Positions 9,215 to 19,126 of a stretch of 64,000 nt of DNA are shown here, one piece after another. The stretch's first letter is position 1, and each line of letters begins with the position of its first letter. The position numbers were made by a program, and so were the translations under genes. The notes beneath the pieces are model-generated. The model was not told where the DNA came from. It was given only the letters and a program-made list of their open reading frames with translations, and ran no database searches. The DNA lies in contig JASJXX010000003.1 of assembly GCA_030123765.1 (NCBI GenBank), positions 10,795-74,794 on the forward strand, in the 5' to 3' direction. The DNA comes from Actinomycetota bacterium. Its GTDB lineage: Bacteria > Actinomycetota > Acidimicrobiia > Spongiisociales > UBA5794.

Positions 9215-9309
9215 TGCGGTCCTCGTTCCCCGTCCCGTATACGAGACATGCCGAGCCGCACCGGCTCGGCACACGCACGACACGTTCGGCTCGGGCGTTA
9301 AGCGCTCGG

Positions 9310-9380
9310 TGCCACCGTGTACGTTGTGTTCATTCGTTTACGTTTCGGAATTTCAAGTTTCAATACGTTTCGTGTGCCTT
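9310..9380. promoter_or_regulatory. AT-rich tract with phased CGTTT/AGTTT repeats between recA and rny (candidate rny promoter or curved DNA)
   Basis: gtacgttgtgttcattcgtttacgtttcggaatttcaagtttcaatacgtttcg. T-tracts at roughly 10-11 bp spacing inside an otherwise GC-rich genome. Confidence 0.3.
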
Positions 9381-9434
9381 GTAGGACGATCCTACCCCAT
9401 GTGCCCGACTTCGGGAACGCGAAAACCGTGTTTC

Positions 9435-10496
9435 CTACGATTCCTCTTCTCCCACAGCAGCGTCAGCCCCCTCTGTCTCTTCTTCGTCCTCCTCTGAGCC
9501 GATGAGTCCAACAGCTCGCAGCACCCTGTCATGGAGCTGCGCTGCGATCTCGGAGTTCCTCCGCAGGTAATCCTTCGCTTTCTCGCGACCCTGGCCGAGC
9601 TGCTCACCCTCATACGTGTACCACGCGCCAGCCTTCTGAACGATGTTCTGCTCCACCGCAACGTCGAGAAGGCTGCCCTCGCGCGAGATGCCCTCACCGA
9701 ACATGATGTCGAACTCGGCCAGTCTGAAGGGGGGAGCAACCTTGTTCTTGACAATCTTCGTACGCACGCGGTTACCGATGTTCTCAGTGCCGACCTTGAT
9801 GGCCTCGATGCGACGGATGTCGATCCGGACGCTTGCGTAGAACTTCAGCGCGCGCCCCCCCGGGGTCGTCTCTGAGCTTCCCCACATCACACCAATCTTC
9901 TCGCGGAGCTGGTTGATGAAGATGACGGTGGTGTTTGAGCGATTGATCGTACCGGCAAGTTTCCTCAACGCCTGGGACATGAGGCGCGCCTGGAGACCGA
10001 CGTGAACATCTCCCATATCGCCTTCGAGCTCGGCTCTGGGCACCAATGCTGCGACGGAATCGATCACGACAACGTCGAGCGAGCCTGAGCGGATGAGCAT
10101 GTCCGTGATCTCGAGCGCTTGCTCTCCGGTGTCTGGCTGGGAGATCAACAACTCGTCGATGTCGACGCCAATCGCCTTCGCGTAGATCGGATCGAGCGCA
10201 TGCTCGGCATCGATGAATGCCGCCGTTCCGCCACAACGTTGCGCCTCCGCAAGCACATGGAGAGCGAGCGTGGTCTTCCCTGAGGACTCTGGACCGAAGA
10301 TCTCGACAATGCGGCCCCGCGGGATGCCGCCTATCCCGAGCGCGAGGTCGAGAGAGAGCGCGCCGGTCGAGATCGATCCGATGCGGCGTATCTCATCGGA
10401 GCCGAGGCGCATGATTGCACCCTTACCAAATTGGCGCTCGATCTGGGACATCGCCATCTCAAGGTTCTTCTCGCGATCCTTGCTCTCTATAGCCAT
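9435..10496 (-). CDS. recA: Recombinase A (no intein)
   Basis: [32 protein letters not shown]..., GPESSGKTT Walker A. ATG at 10496 with an AAAGGAAGAG RBS. The ORF-track N-terminal extension is rejected. Confidence 0.92.
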   Translation of the reverse strand: MAIESKDREKNLEMAMSQIERQFGKGAIMRLGSDEIRRIGSISTGALSLDLALGIGGIPRGRIVEIFGPESSGKTTLALHVLAEAQRCGGTAAFIDAEHALDPIYAKAIGVDIDELLISQPDTGEQALEITDMLIRSGSLDVVVIDSVAALVPRAELEGDMGDVHVGLQARLMSQALRKLAGTINRSNTTVIFINQLREKIGVMWGSSETTPGGRALKFYASVRIDIRRIEAIKVGTENIGNRVRTKIVKNKVAPPFRLAEFDIMFGEGISREGSLLDVAVEQNIVQKAGAWYTYEGEQLGQGREKAKDYLRRNSEIAAQLHDRVLRAVGLIGSEEDEEETEGADAAVGEEES

Positions 10497-10600
10497 CTGC
10501 TCTTCCTTTTTGTCGGTTGTCGTCACCGTACCGAGTGCCTACGACAGATTACGTCGCGAATCACACGTTTGACATTCAATGGTGCAGCCAGAACACTAAC

Positions 10601-10615
10601 CGAACACGTGTTCGA
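10601..10615. promoter_or_regulatory. LexA box upstream of recA
   Basis: CGAACacgtGTTCGA, about 105 nt upstream of the recA ATG. Confidence 0.85.
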
Positions 10616-10688
10616 TGTTGAGCCTTTCGCACGCAACCCGGCTCTGTTGGCGGAGGCCGCTCTCAGCGCCCGGGTAGCCCGGATGACG

Positions 10689-11243
10689 CTATCGACCCAG
10701 CGGGATCGATTCGACGACACCGTATCGCACTCCGTCACGGGTGGAGAACGTGCGAAATAGCGTGATTGACGTCACATCCAGCGGGACACGGTACTCACCG
10801 AAAGCGGCGAGCAGGCCGCGCAGATCCTGGGCCGGTCTGAGGCGTGACAGCGTCAGGTGGGGCACGTAATGACGATCCTCCGGTGGAGTCCCGATATCGG
10901 ATGCGGCCTCATCTGACAGGGCTGCGAGGTAGGTGAGAATCCCTGACGGGTCGTCAATCGACCCGTACACGACCCGCGCCTTTGCCGGGGTAGGGAAGGC
11001 GTCGAGACCGTCGCACCACACTCTCGCGGGTGCTACGTCAACGGTCGCAGCAAGGTGGTGCATGATCCGCTCACCATCTCCGTCGGAACACTCCCCGAGG
11101 AAACGCAGCGTGATGTGCCAGTTCTGGGGAGGATGCCTTCGCCCGGGCAGGGGGCGACCAGGGCTCGCGTCGGTGAGCGCTGCCGCCAGCCGGTGCCGTT
11201 CATCGTCTGTCACGTCGACCGCCAGGAACGCGTGAGCGGTCAC
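10689..11243 (-). CDS. thpR: RNA 2',3'-cyclic phosphodiesterase (2H family, LigT/ThpR)
   Basis: Two H-x-T/S-x motifs (HITLRFLG, HLTLSR). GTG start overlapping the cinA stop (GTGA). Confidence 0.75.
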   Translation of the reverse strand: MTAHAFLAVDVTDDERHRLAAALTDASPGRPLPGRRHPPQNWHITLRFLGECSDGDGERIMHHLAATVDVAPARVWCDGLDAFPTPAKARVVYGSIDDPSGILTYLAALSDEAASDIGTPPEDRHYVPHLTLSRLRPAQDLRGLLAAFGEYRVPLDVTSITLFRTFSTRDGVRYGVVESIPLGR

Positions 11244-12481
11244 GACTCCAGAATCGCCCTGCGAACGAGATGCAGCGCAGCTGTCGCGGCATAGGATCTC
11301 ACCTGTTCCCGGTCTCCCGGCAGATGAAGCGTGTTCACCGTAGCGCGGTGCGGCGTCGCCACGGCAACGATCATCGTCCCGACAGGCTGTTCGAGTGGCT
11401 CAGGCCCTGCAGATCCCGTCACGGCAACCGCCACGTCGACCCCGAGTACCGACCGCGCTCCTTGCACCATCGCCTGTGCCGTCTCCTCTGAGACGACACC
11501 GTGTTGGGTGATCGTCTCGGCAGGCACGCCAAGTATGCTCGCCTTGAGATCAGACGCGTATGCGACCACGGATCCACGGAACGTCCCGCTCGCGCCGGGG
11601 AGGCTCGTGAGCCTGCGTCCCACCAGACCACCGGTCGCAGACTCTGCAGTCCCTATCGTCCAGCCGCGACTCTCAAGTTCGGTCCGGATGACTCGCTCGA
11701 TCGTGTCGTCGTCAGCGCCGAAGATGCGATCGCCGATGCGGCGGCGCACTTCGGCTTCAACCGGAGCAATGAGCGCGCGGGCCTCCTCGTCTGAGCGAGC
11801 GAGAGCGGTGATCCTGATCTTGATCTCGCCCGCTGACGCGAGGAACGCGATGCTGGGATTCTCGGAAGCATCGAAGAGGTCTTGGAGTTCCTCACCTACC
11901 TTCGCCTCGGCCATTCCCCAGCTGCGCAGCAGTCTGCTGACGACCACGCGACCTCCGCCCTCCTCCTCACGCAGGAGCGGGAGCACACCCTCGTCGACCA
12001 TCGCGAGCATCTCTGCGGGCACACCGGGGACGGCGAAGATCCAGCATCGGTCAACGCGTATGTGAAACCCCGGCGCGGTGCCTTTGCGGTTCGCCAAGAT
12101 CCCAGCACCGTCAGGGCGGTACGCCTGCCTGAGGTTCGACTCGGGGAAATCAAGGTCCGGCCTCATCCTGGCCCACCGCTCCCTGAGCGCCTGCTCGTAC
12201 GCCCTGTCGTACACGAGCGGGACACCGGCCACCGCGGCGACAGCCTCGCGCGTGATGTCGTCCGCCGTTGGGCCAATCCCTCCCGTGATGATCAATGCGT
12301 CGCAGCGGTCCGCGGCGGCCCGGATCGCAGCCTCCATACGCGTCGCGTTATCCCCTACAACGGCCTGGTTCAAATGCGTGAGACCGCTCTCCGCGAGCCT
12401 CGTGGCAATCTCTCTGGCATTCGTGTTCGCGATCTGGCCGAGGAGAAGCTCGGTGCCAACAGCGAGGGTCTCGACGATCAT
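11240..12481 (-). CDS. cinA: CinA-family competence/damage-inducible protein (MocF-like N-terminal domain plus PncC-type NMN deamidase C-terminal domain)
   Basis: MIVETLAVGTELLLGQIANTN...; ATG at 12481. Confidence 0.85.
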   Translation of the reverse strand: MIVETLAVGTELLLGQIANTNAREIATRLAESGLTHLNQAVVGDNATRMEAAIRAAADRCDALIITGGIGPTADDITREAVAAVAGVPLVYDRAYEQALRERWARMRPDLDFPESNLRQAYRPDGAGILANRKGTAPGFHIRVDRCWIFAVPGVPAEMLAMVDEGVLPLLREEEGGGRVVVSRLLRSWGMAEAKVGEELQDLFDASENPSIAFLASAGEIKIRITALARSDEEARALIAPVEAEVRRRIGDRIFGADDDTIERVIRTELESRGWTIGTAESATGGLVGRRLTSLPGASGTFRGSVVAYASDLKASILGVPAETITQHGVVSEETAQAMVQGARSVLGVDVAVAVTGSAGPEPLEQPVGTMIVAVATPHRATVNTLHLPGDREQVRSYAATAALHLVRRAILES

Positions 12482-13794
12482 GGCTGCACCACCGTTCCCG
12501 ACAGATCCGTTCCGTACGCGCCGTCGATCCTGACATCCACCCACTCCCCTGTCTCCCCCCGGTCGAGCAGAATGACGCCGTCGATCTCGGGGGCCTCCCT
12601 GTAGGAGCGCCCGACAGCCTGACCATCCTCGATCTGATCGACGAGCACCTCAAGGACGCGTCCGACGGTCGCTGCATTCGACGCCGAGGTGACATCGTCC
12701 TGGACGCCCTGGAGGTGTCGCATACGTTCGGCGATGACCTCCCCTGGTACCTGATCCGGCAGCGTGGCCGCGTCGGTGCCCTCCTCCTTGGAGTAGGCGA
12801 AAAAACCGGCCCAGTTGAGTCTCGCCTCGGTGAGAAAGTCGGCGAGATGCTCCACATCGTCCTCGACTTCACCGGGGAAACCAACGATGAAACTCGAACG
12901 GGTAGCGGCCTGCGGGGCGGCCTTGCGAATTCGATCGATGAGCTCGAGATGCCGCTCACCGCTCCCTGGCCGCCGCATCGCACGCAGTAGCGCGGATGAA
13001 GAATGCTGGAGGGAGAGGTCGAAGTAGTCGGCGATGACCGGATGTCCTGCCATGACATCGATGAGGCCCTGTCGTATCTCTCTCGGATACAGGTAGTAGA
13101 GCCGCAGCCTGCCCAAGCCCTCGATCGACGCGGCACGATCAACGAGCTTCTCGATACTGCCCGCGTCGTTCTCCCGTCCGTATGCAGCGAGGTCCTGAGC
13201 GACGAGGACGATCTCCTGCACGCCAACAGAGACAAGTCCCTCCATCTCAGCGATGATGCTGTCACCCGGTCGTGACCTCTGCTTACCGCGGATGAGAGGG
13301 ATCGCGCAGAAAGTGCACGTCTTGTTGCACCCCTCGGCAACCTTGACGTAGGCGAACGGCGTGGAAGGAGTCGGACGTTTCACGAGATCGAGAATGTCCA
13401 TGCGCGAGCGGCGCAGTCCGGTGAAGTTGACGGGTTGCCAACCTGTCAACGAGTCGAGCTCGTCAAGGAGTGACGGGTACCGGTCCAGTCCGATCACGGC
13501 GTCTGCCTCCGGGAGAGCCTCGACGAGCTCCTGCTCGTAGCGCTGAGCCATGCACCCCACCACCACGAGCTTGGCATCCTCACGTTTGACATCTGCGAGC
13601 TCAAGGATCGTGTTCACGGACTCTCTGCGAGCATCCTCGATGAAGGCACACGTGTTCACCATCACTACGTCTGCCGACTCCGGTTCGGTGGCCTGCTCAT
13701 ATCCCGAGTCGCCGAGAATGGCAGTGATCTTGTCGGAGTCGACCTGATTCTTTGAGCAGCCGAGCGTCGTTAGCCAGACAGTGGGTGCGGACAT
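12478..13794 (-). CDS. rimO: Ribosomal protein S12 methylthiotransferase
   Basis: MSAPTVWLTTLGCSKNQVDSD..., CNKTCTFCAIP radical-SAM motif, TRAM. ATG at 13794. The upstream Arg-rich ORF-track extension is rejected. Confidence 0.85.
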   Translation of the reverse strand: MSAPTVWLTTLGCSKNQVDSDKITAILGDSGYEQATEPESADVVMVNTCAFIEDARRESVNTILELADVKREDAKLVVVGCMAQRYEQELVEALPEADAVIGLDRYPSLLDELDSLTGWQPVNFTGLRRSRMDILDLVKRPTPSTPFAYVKVAEGCNKTCTFCAIPLIRGKQRSRPGDSIIAEMEGLVSVGVQEIVLVAQDLAAYGRENDAGSIEKLVDRAASIEGLGRLRLYYLYPREIRQGLIDVMAGHPVIADYFDLSLQHSSSALLRAMRRPGSGERHLELIDRIRKAAPQAATRSSFIVGFPGEVEDDVEHLADFLTEARLNWAGFFAYSKEEGTDAATLPDQVPGEVIAERMRHLQGVQDDVTSASNAATVGRVLEVLVDQIEDGQAVGRSYREAPEIDGVILLDRGETGEWVDVRIDGAYGTDLSGTVVQP

Positions 13795-13886
13795 ACCGGG
13801 AGTGTACGATGACACCCACCCAGACGTGAACGCAGGGTCACACCACGAGACCCGCTCTCTCCGAGAGGCTCCCGGACCCTGGTCCC

Positions 13887-14768
13887 CTAATCGAGGGGGA
13901 CCATCTCTCCTACACGTTTGCGGAACTGGATCCGCTGCGTGTAGCCGACAGAGCGCGCGAGCTCTATCGCCTTGTGACGATCGCGTGCAGCGTGCTGGGG
14001 GATGTGCGCGTCCGAAGCAAGGGTGATCGGCACCCGGTGATTGTAGAAGCGTTCGAGGAGCGGCCTGGCTGGGTACATCTCCCTCGCCGGCTGGTAGAGC
14101 CCCGCGGTAGATATCTCCACGCCGGTTCCGCCCCTCGCGGCTGCGACCGCGAGTTCCTCGTACAGGTCGAGAGGCGGCTCCTGGAGATAGACGCCCTGCT
14201 TCTTGATCACGTCTGCGTGGGCGAGGATGTCGAACAGCCCGGACGCGGCGAGCTCTGTCTCCGTACGAAAGTAGTCCTCGTAGGACTGAACGGGGCCACG
14301 GCGCTCGAACTCGGAGACCTGCTCTGCGAGGTCGATGCCCCATGCTCCGAGCCAGTGGGTCGAAGCAACGAGATAGTCGAAGGGGTACGGCTCGAGAAAC
14401 TCGGCGACCGCGTCCGCCGTCTCAGGGAAGAAGTCGACCTCGAGCCCCAGCAGCACTGGAAGGCCCCGATCCTTCGCATCTACTACGGCTTGCACGTACC
14501 GCTCTAACGACAGGACACGTTCTGAGCGCACATACGATCTGGCGTAATCCCGGAGATCCTTTCGAGGATCGTCCTCCCACCAGCGTCCGAGCACCGTCAC
14601 AGACTCCACGCACCGATAGAGGTGTTCCGTGAAACCGACCTCATCCGCACCATTGGCGAGCGCCGTCTCAACGAACGCTTCGATGTGGCCGATCGGATAC
14701 TGCCCCGGTGGCGGTCCCACGCCGTCATACGGCCCGTGCTTGTGGAGATGTACGTGGTAGTCGCCCAT
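13887..14768 (-). CDS. PHP-family phosphoesterase (histidinol-phosphatase HisK-like)
   Basis: MGDYHVHLH... PHP metal-binding motifs. Confidence 0.7.
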   Translation of the reverse strand: MGDYHVHLHKHGPYDGVGPPPGQYPIGHIEAFVETALANGADEVGFTEHLYRCVESVTVLGRWWEDDPRKDLRDYARSYVRSERVLSLERYVQAVVDAKDRGLPVLLGLEVDFFPETADAVAEFLEPYPFDYLVASTHWLGAWGIDLAEQVSEFERRGPVQSYEDYFRTETELAASGLFDILAHADVIKKQGVYLQEPPLDLYEELAVAAARGGTGVEISTAGLYQPAREMYPARPLLERFYNHRVPITLASDAHIPQHAARDRHKAIELARSVGYTQRIQFRKRVGEMVPLD

Positions 14769-14803
14769 GGCAGAGACGCTAGTCAGCAATCAGACATCAG
14801 ACG

Positions 14804-16141
14804 TCAACGCCCCGGGGGTAGAAGAACGAGCTCTTCGAAGCCGCACCTCATCGCCGCAACAAGTTGATCGATCTCGTCCTCCCCCATCTGGGTTGACATG
14901 GAAGCCGAACAGGTGTTGATCATCAGAATGCCCGCATCGAGGAGGTTCTCCAGCAGCAGCCTGAGGCTCCTCGACTCCCGGAGAGTGGGGAACGCCTCAC
15001 GGTAGTTCGCCGGGGGTGCATCCTTGAGGTGCACCCTGATCATCGAGCCACCTGCGGTGACGCAAGCCGACACGCCTGTGGCCTCGATCGCGCTCTCGAT
15101 GCCATCCACAGCACGTCTCGCAAGGCCATTGACGTGGGCAACTGCGTCGTGGTCGAACATCTCCATCGTCACAAGCCCCGCAGTCATCGTGACCGGATTC
15201 GCAGAGAAGGTCCCCGAGTGGGGGAAGAGAACATCGCCGACGAGCGGGTTCATGACGTCCATGACATCCCGGCGACCTGCGATCGCTCCGACCGGAAATC
15301 CACCACCGATGAGTTTCCCGAGCGCAGTGAGATCAGGCACGGCGTCGTACCACTCCTGGGCTCCCCCGTACTCGGAGCGGAAGGTGATGACCTCGTCATA
15401 GACGAGCAAGGAGCCGTCCACCAGAGTCCAGTCGCGCAGAGCCGAGACAAATTCCGGTTCCGCAGGCGTCAGCCCGACTCGATGGGGCATCAGATCCAGA
15501 AGGACGCACGCCAACTCGCCTCGGTGCTCATCAAGAATCGCGAGAGCGTGCTGCGGGTCGTTGAAGGGGATCACGACAACATCCTCGAGCACGGAGGGCG
15601 GAGTACCGAACGCGACCGGCACGCTCGCCGGGTGCGCCGCACTCCCCCAATTTGACGGATTCGACGTCTGGCTTATCTCCGCGTAGTCGTACACACCATG
15701 GTACGCCCCTTCTACTTTCGCGATCTTGTGGCGTCCTGTGAACGCCCGAGCCGCCTTCAACGACGCCATCACGGCCTCGGTCCCCGAGTTCACGAACCGC
15801 AGCTTCTCAAACCCTTCGTTCCTCCCGCAGAGATGCTCGGCGTAGCGCACCTCGATCTCAGTGGCCAGGGTGAAGGCAGTGCCTCTGGCGAGCTGCTCGG
15901 TCACCGCTGCGACGATTGCAGGGTGGGCGTGGCCGTGAATCAGCGACGCCATGTTGTTGGCGAAGTCGATCCGCTCCACACCCTCGATGTCGGTGACTCG
16001 GCACCCCGAAGCCCGGTCGGCATAGAGGGGGTGCGGTTCGCGCAGCACCGTGTTGCGGCTCACACCGCCGGGAAGCACCTTGAGGGCGCGTGCGTAGAGT
16101 GAGGCGCTGCGAGACGACGATCGTGGAAGGTCCGCAGTCAC
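14804..16141 (-). CDS. Class-III PLP aminotransferase/aminomutase (glutamate-1-semialdehyde aminomutase-like paralogue)
   Basis: LKVLPGGVSRNTV...FVNSGTEAVMASLKAAR... GTG start. Co-directional and tightly linked with scoAB and the 2,3-aminomutase. Confidence 0.75.
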   Translation of the reverse strand: MTADLPRSSSRSASLYARALKVLPGGVSRNTVLREPHPLYADRASGCRVTDIEGVERIDFANNMASLIHGHAHPAIVAAVTEQLARGTAFTLATEIEVRYAEHLCGRNEGFEKLRFVNSGTEAVMASLKAARAFTGRHKIAKVEGAYHGVYDYAEISQTSNPSNWGSAAHPASVPVAFGTPPSVLEDVVVIPFNDPQHALAILDEHRGELACVLLDLMPHRVGLTPAEPEFVSALRDWTLVDGSLLVYDEVITFRSEYGGAQEWYDAVPDLTALGKLIGGGFPVGAIAGRRDVMDVMNPLVGDVLFPHSGTFSANPVTMTAGLVTMEMFDHDAVAHVNGLARRAVDGIESAIEATGVSACVTAGGSMIRVHLKDAPPANYREAFPTLRESRSLRLLLENLLDAGILMINTCSASMSTQMGEDEIDQLVAAMRCGFEELVLLPPGR

Positions 16142-16821
16142 GCGTCACCTCTCAGCGAGCCCCCGCGGATCGGGAGAAGCTCGGCGCCGGTCCGCTGCGC
16201 GACGTAGGCGAAGTCCACACCCTGGGCGAGCTCCACGAGCTGGAAACCGTCCGATGTCACATCGACGACGGCGAGGTCGCTGTAGATCCGATCCACGACC
16301 GCGGGGCCGGTCAGGGGATAGGTGCAGATCTCGACCAGCTTCGGCTCCCCCGCCCGGGTGCAGTGCTGGGTGACGACATAGATCGTTCTCACCCCTGCAA
16401 CGAGATCCATGGCGCCGCCCACAGCAGGGATCGCGTCGGACTCCCCCGTCGACCAGTTGGCGAGGTCGCCGTGTTGCGACACCTGCAGGGCGCCCAGCAC
16501 GCAGAGGTCGATGTGGCCCCCGCGGATCATCGCGAAGCTATCCGCGTGGTGAAAGAAGGAGGCTCCCTCAAGGGCGGTGACTCGCCGTTTGCCTGCGTTG
16601 ATCAATTCTGGATCGCCCTCGTCAAGCTCGGGTGACGGGCCCATGCCGAGCAGGCCGTTCTCCGTGTGGTAAATCACTTCTCTCCCCTCAGGGAGGTACG
16701 CCGCCACTCGCTCAGGGATCCCGATCCCGAGGTTCACGTAGGAGCCGTCGGGGATGTCGAGCGCCACCCTACGAGCCATCTCGTCTCGGGTCAGGCCGAT
16801 CGCTGGTGTCGTGTCGGTCAC
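16138..16821 (-). CDS. 3-oxoacid CoA-transferase subunit B
   Basis: TRDEMARRVALDIPDGSYVNLGIGIPE...ENGLLGMGP. Start taken at the GTG abutting the scoA stop. The 77-aa ORF-track extension overlaps scoA and is rejected. Confidence 0.8.
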   Translation of the reverse strand: MTDTTPAIGLTRDEMARRVALDIPDGSYVNLGIGIPERVAAYLPEGREVIYHTENGLLGMGPSPELDEGDPELINAGKRRVTALEGASFFHHADSFAMIRGGHIDLCVLGALQVSQHGDLANWSTGESDAIPAVGGAMDLVAGVRTIYVVTQHCTRAGEPKLVEICTYPLTGPAVVDRIYSDLAVVDVTSDGFQLVELAQGVDFAYVAQRTGAELLPIRGGSLRGDA

Positions 16822-17528
16822 GGGTACGACGCACCCTGGGCGACGAGTTGCGACTCCTGGACAGGGTTGCTGACCGTCACGATCCGGTCGACGAAGATCC
16901 CCGGTGTCACCACACACTCGGGATCTATCTCCCCGGGAGCAACAACCTCGCCGGACTGCACGATCGTGATCGCCGCTGCCATGGCCATGATCGGGCTGAA
17001 ATTGCGGGCAGTCTTGTTGTACAGCAGGTTGCCGTGGTGGTCGGCGACGCGGCACTTGATCAGGGCGAAATCTCCGCTGAGGCCGTATTCGAGGACGAAG
17101 TCGCGGTGCGCGAACGTCCGGCGCTCCTTCCCCTCTTCGAGCGGTGTCCCTACCGATGTCGGCGTGTAGAACGCGGGGATGCCCGCTCCACCCGCGCGGA
17201 TACGCTCCGCAAGCGTGCCCTGAGGCACGAGCTCGAGCGCCGTGCGGCCGCTGCGATACAGTTCAGGAAAGACGGTCGAGTTCGCCGTGCGCGGGTAGGA
17301 ACAGATCATCTTGGAAACCCTGCCGGCTCGGATCAGTGCAGCGAGCCCGACCTCTCCACTCCCCGTGTTGTTGTTGACGACGGTGAGATCCGTCGCGCCC
17401 TGGTCGATGAGCGCGTGGATGAGCTCTATCGGGCTCCCTGCCTCCCCGAAACCCCCCACCATGACGGTCGCGCCGTCGAAGATGTCCGCTACCGCTTCGT
17501 CACTACTCGCCGCTCGTTTGTCGATCAT
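16818..17528 (-). CDS. 3-oxoacid CoA-transferase subunit A
   Basis: MIDKRAASSDEAVADIFDGATVMVGGFGEAGSPIEL... Confidence 0.85.
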   Translation of the reverse strand: MIDKRAASSDEAVADIFDGATVMVGGFGEAGSPIELIHALIDQGATDLTVVNNNTGSGEVGLAALIRAGRVSKMICSYPRTANSTVFPELYRSGRTALELVPQGTLAERIRAGGAGIPAFYTPTSVGTPLEEGKERRTFAHRDFVLEYGLSGDFALIKCRVADHHGNLLYNKTARNFSPIMAMAAAITIVQSGEVVAPGEIDPECVVTPGIFVDRIVTVSNPVQESQLVAQGASYP

Positions 17529-17593
17529 CGTGTAGCCGCTCTCTCTGCTCGCGCATACCCGGCGCGTCGGACATCACCCAGGGCGCTCGTTGC

Positions 17594-19048
17594 CTAGGTA
17601 CCCTCCACTGCTCCGACAGTCAGGGGAACCTCACTCCGAGCGGCTTGCACCCGGACGTAGTCGAACAGTCCTGCCTCGTCATAGATCACGCGATCGGCGT
17701 AGTCGTCGAACCAGATCGCATCCCTATTCCGGCCGACAATACACACCTTGCCCCGATCCGGCGCGTCCTTCGCATTGCGCAGGATCTTGAAGATGAGCAC
17801 GCCGTTCTCCGACGCGGGTACACCCGGGATCGCTTCGTTCGTGACGGCTACGACCTCAGTCTTGCCCTTGTAATGTGTGATGGAGAGGCGGGCATGCGTC
17901 TCGACGCCTGAGAGACCCTTCTGCGACTCGTTGAGGATGTTCCACGCAGTCTCAATCGGGACATTGAAGGCCTGGTACGCGACGATGTCCCGCCCACAGA
18001 AGAAGTAGTGGTTCCCGACGCCGACCTGGTTGAGAGCCCGCTGCATGATGCGCAACGCGTCGGGGTCATCGTTGACGCCCTTGATGATCGGCGCCTGGTT
18101 CTCGACATTGATCCATCCGCGGGATACAACGTTCTCCATCGCCCGCCTCGTCCTCTCCTCCCAGACCAGCGTGCCGTTCGGGTTCTCCATGTACTCGCCG
18201 TCGACACCTCTGGTGAGGAACTCGTCGGGGTGGTTGAAGTGCACCATCAGCCGGAATGCAACGTCTGGATAGGTCGCGTGAAACCCGTCGATCATCGAGA
18301 GGAACGCCGTGTCGAACCGGTCCGGGTAGAAGGCCATCTCTTTCGTCCCCAGACGGATCGACTCGACACCCGCCTCAGCCAGTGCTGAGAGCCACGCTGC
18401 GATCTTGCTGTTCGGTAGCGCCATCGGGTCTCCGCCCGAGAGCAGGATCTCACGCAACTTCTCGCGGCCAGACTCAGGATGAAACCCACCATTGCTCGCC
18501 ACGATCTCGTTGTGGTCCCGGATGTAATCGGTGACCTCGCCAATCTGGGCGAGACCCTTCTTTGCGACGGTGCCGTCCTGACGTTCGATGTCCTTGCGGC
18601 CGATCAGCTCCTCGCGATAACAGAACCGGCAGTGCGCCGAACATGTCGAGATCACATACGCAAGGCCCATCTCGTACTTGTGGAGGAGTCCCTCTACGGG
18701 GCTGTAATCCATCTGGAAGCCGGGATCCTCGGAGCCTGCGAGATTCAGCGTCTCATCCGGACTCGCCTTGACCAGCTTCTGAAGTGGCTTGCTCGTCCTG
18801 GCCATCTCAAAGTAGTGACGGGTGATCTTCACGGGCATGCGAGCCTCAACGTCGCGATCCGTGCCGCGGAGACGAAGCAGATCGGCGATCTCCTCCTTCG
18901 AGTAGAAGCCGCCCATCTCTTCGGGCGCCCGGTCCTCGAAGAACGGGCTGAGCCCGCTGATGATCTGACGGTCATACTTCGGATTCTCGACGGTGTCGAG
19001 GAACGCCTGCTCCCTGGCAGTCGGAATGTACTTCTCTGACCTTGCCAT
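17594..19048 (-). CDS. KamA-family radical-SAM 2,3-aminomutase (lysine 2,3-aminomutase-like, 484 aa)
   Basis: CSAHCRFCYREE (the CxxxCxxC motif of KamA), LLSGGDP. ATG at 19048 with GTGAGGTTGGAG upstream. Confidence 0.8.
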   Translation of the reverse strand: MARSEKYIPTAREQAFLDTVENPKYDRQIISGLSPFFEDRAPEEMGGFYSKEEIADLLRLRGTDRDVEARMPVKITRHYFEMARTSKPLQKLVKASPDETLNLAGSEDPGFQMDYSPVEGLLHKYEMGLAYVISTCSAHCRFCYREELIGRKDIERQDGTVAKKGLAQIGEVTDYIRDHNEIVASNGGFHPESGREKLREILLSGGDPMALPNSKIAAWLSALAEAGVESIRLGTKEMAFYPDRFDTAFLSMIDGFHATYPDVAFRLMVHFNHPDEFLTRGVDGEYMENPNGTLVWEERTRRAMENVVSRGWINVENQAPIIKGVNDDPDALRIMQRALNQVGVGNHYFFCGRDIVAYQAFNVPIETAWNILNESQKGLSGVETHARLSITHYKGKTEVVAVTNEAIPGVPASENGVLIFKILRNAKDAPDRGKVCIVGRNRDAIWFDDYADRVIYDEAGLFDYVRVQAARSEVPLTVGAVEGT

Positions 19049-19082
19049 CTCCAACCTCACTTCGTGCTGATCCCGCGCAGAG

Positions 19083-19125
19083 ACAGTGTAACATAATGCA
19101 TATCCGCTGTGTGCTACTGTAACAA
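19083..19125. promoter_or_regulatory. AT-rich divergent promoter/operator between the aminomutase operon and rpiR
   Basis: cagTGTAACAtaATGCATatccgctgtgtgctacTGTAACAag: a TGTAACA direct repeat about 30 bp apart flanking an ATGCAT palindrome. Confidence 0.35.
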
Positions 19126-19126
19126 G

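Noticed and set aside
9435-10526. recA called from the GTG at 10526 ([10 protein letters not shown]...)
   Set aside because: The ATG at 10496 has a good RBS and gives the canonical RecA N-terminus [10 protein letters not shown]...QIERQFGKG.
12348-13340. 330-aa Arg/Ser-rich ORF
   Set aside because: An out-of-frame shadow inside rimO. The same applies to 2027-2461, 8490-9026, 11331-12065, 24903-25607, 26779-27960, 51561-52817 and similar Arg/Pro-rich ORFs in the track.
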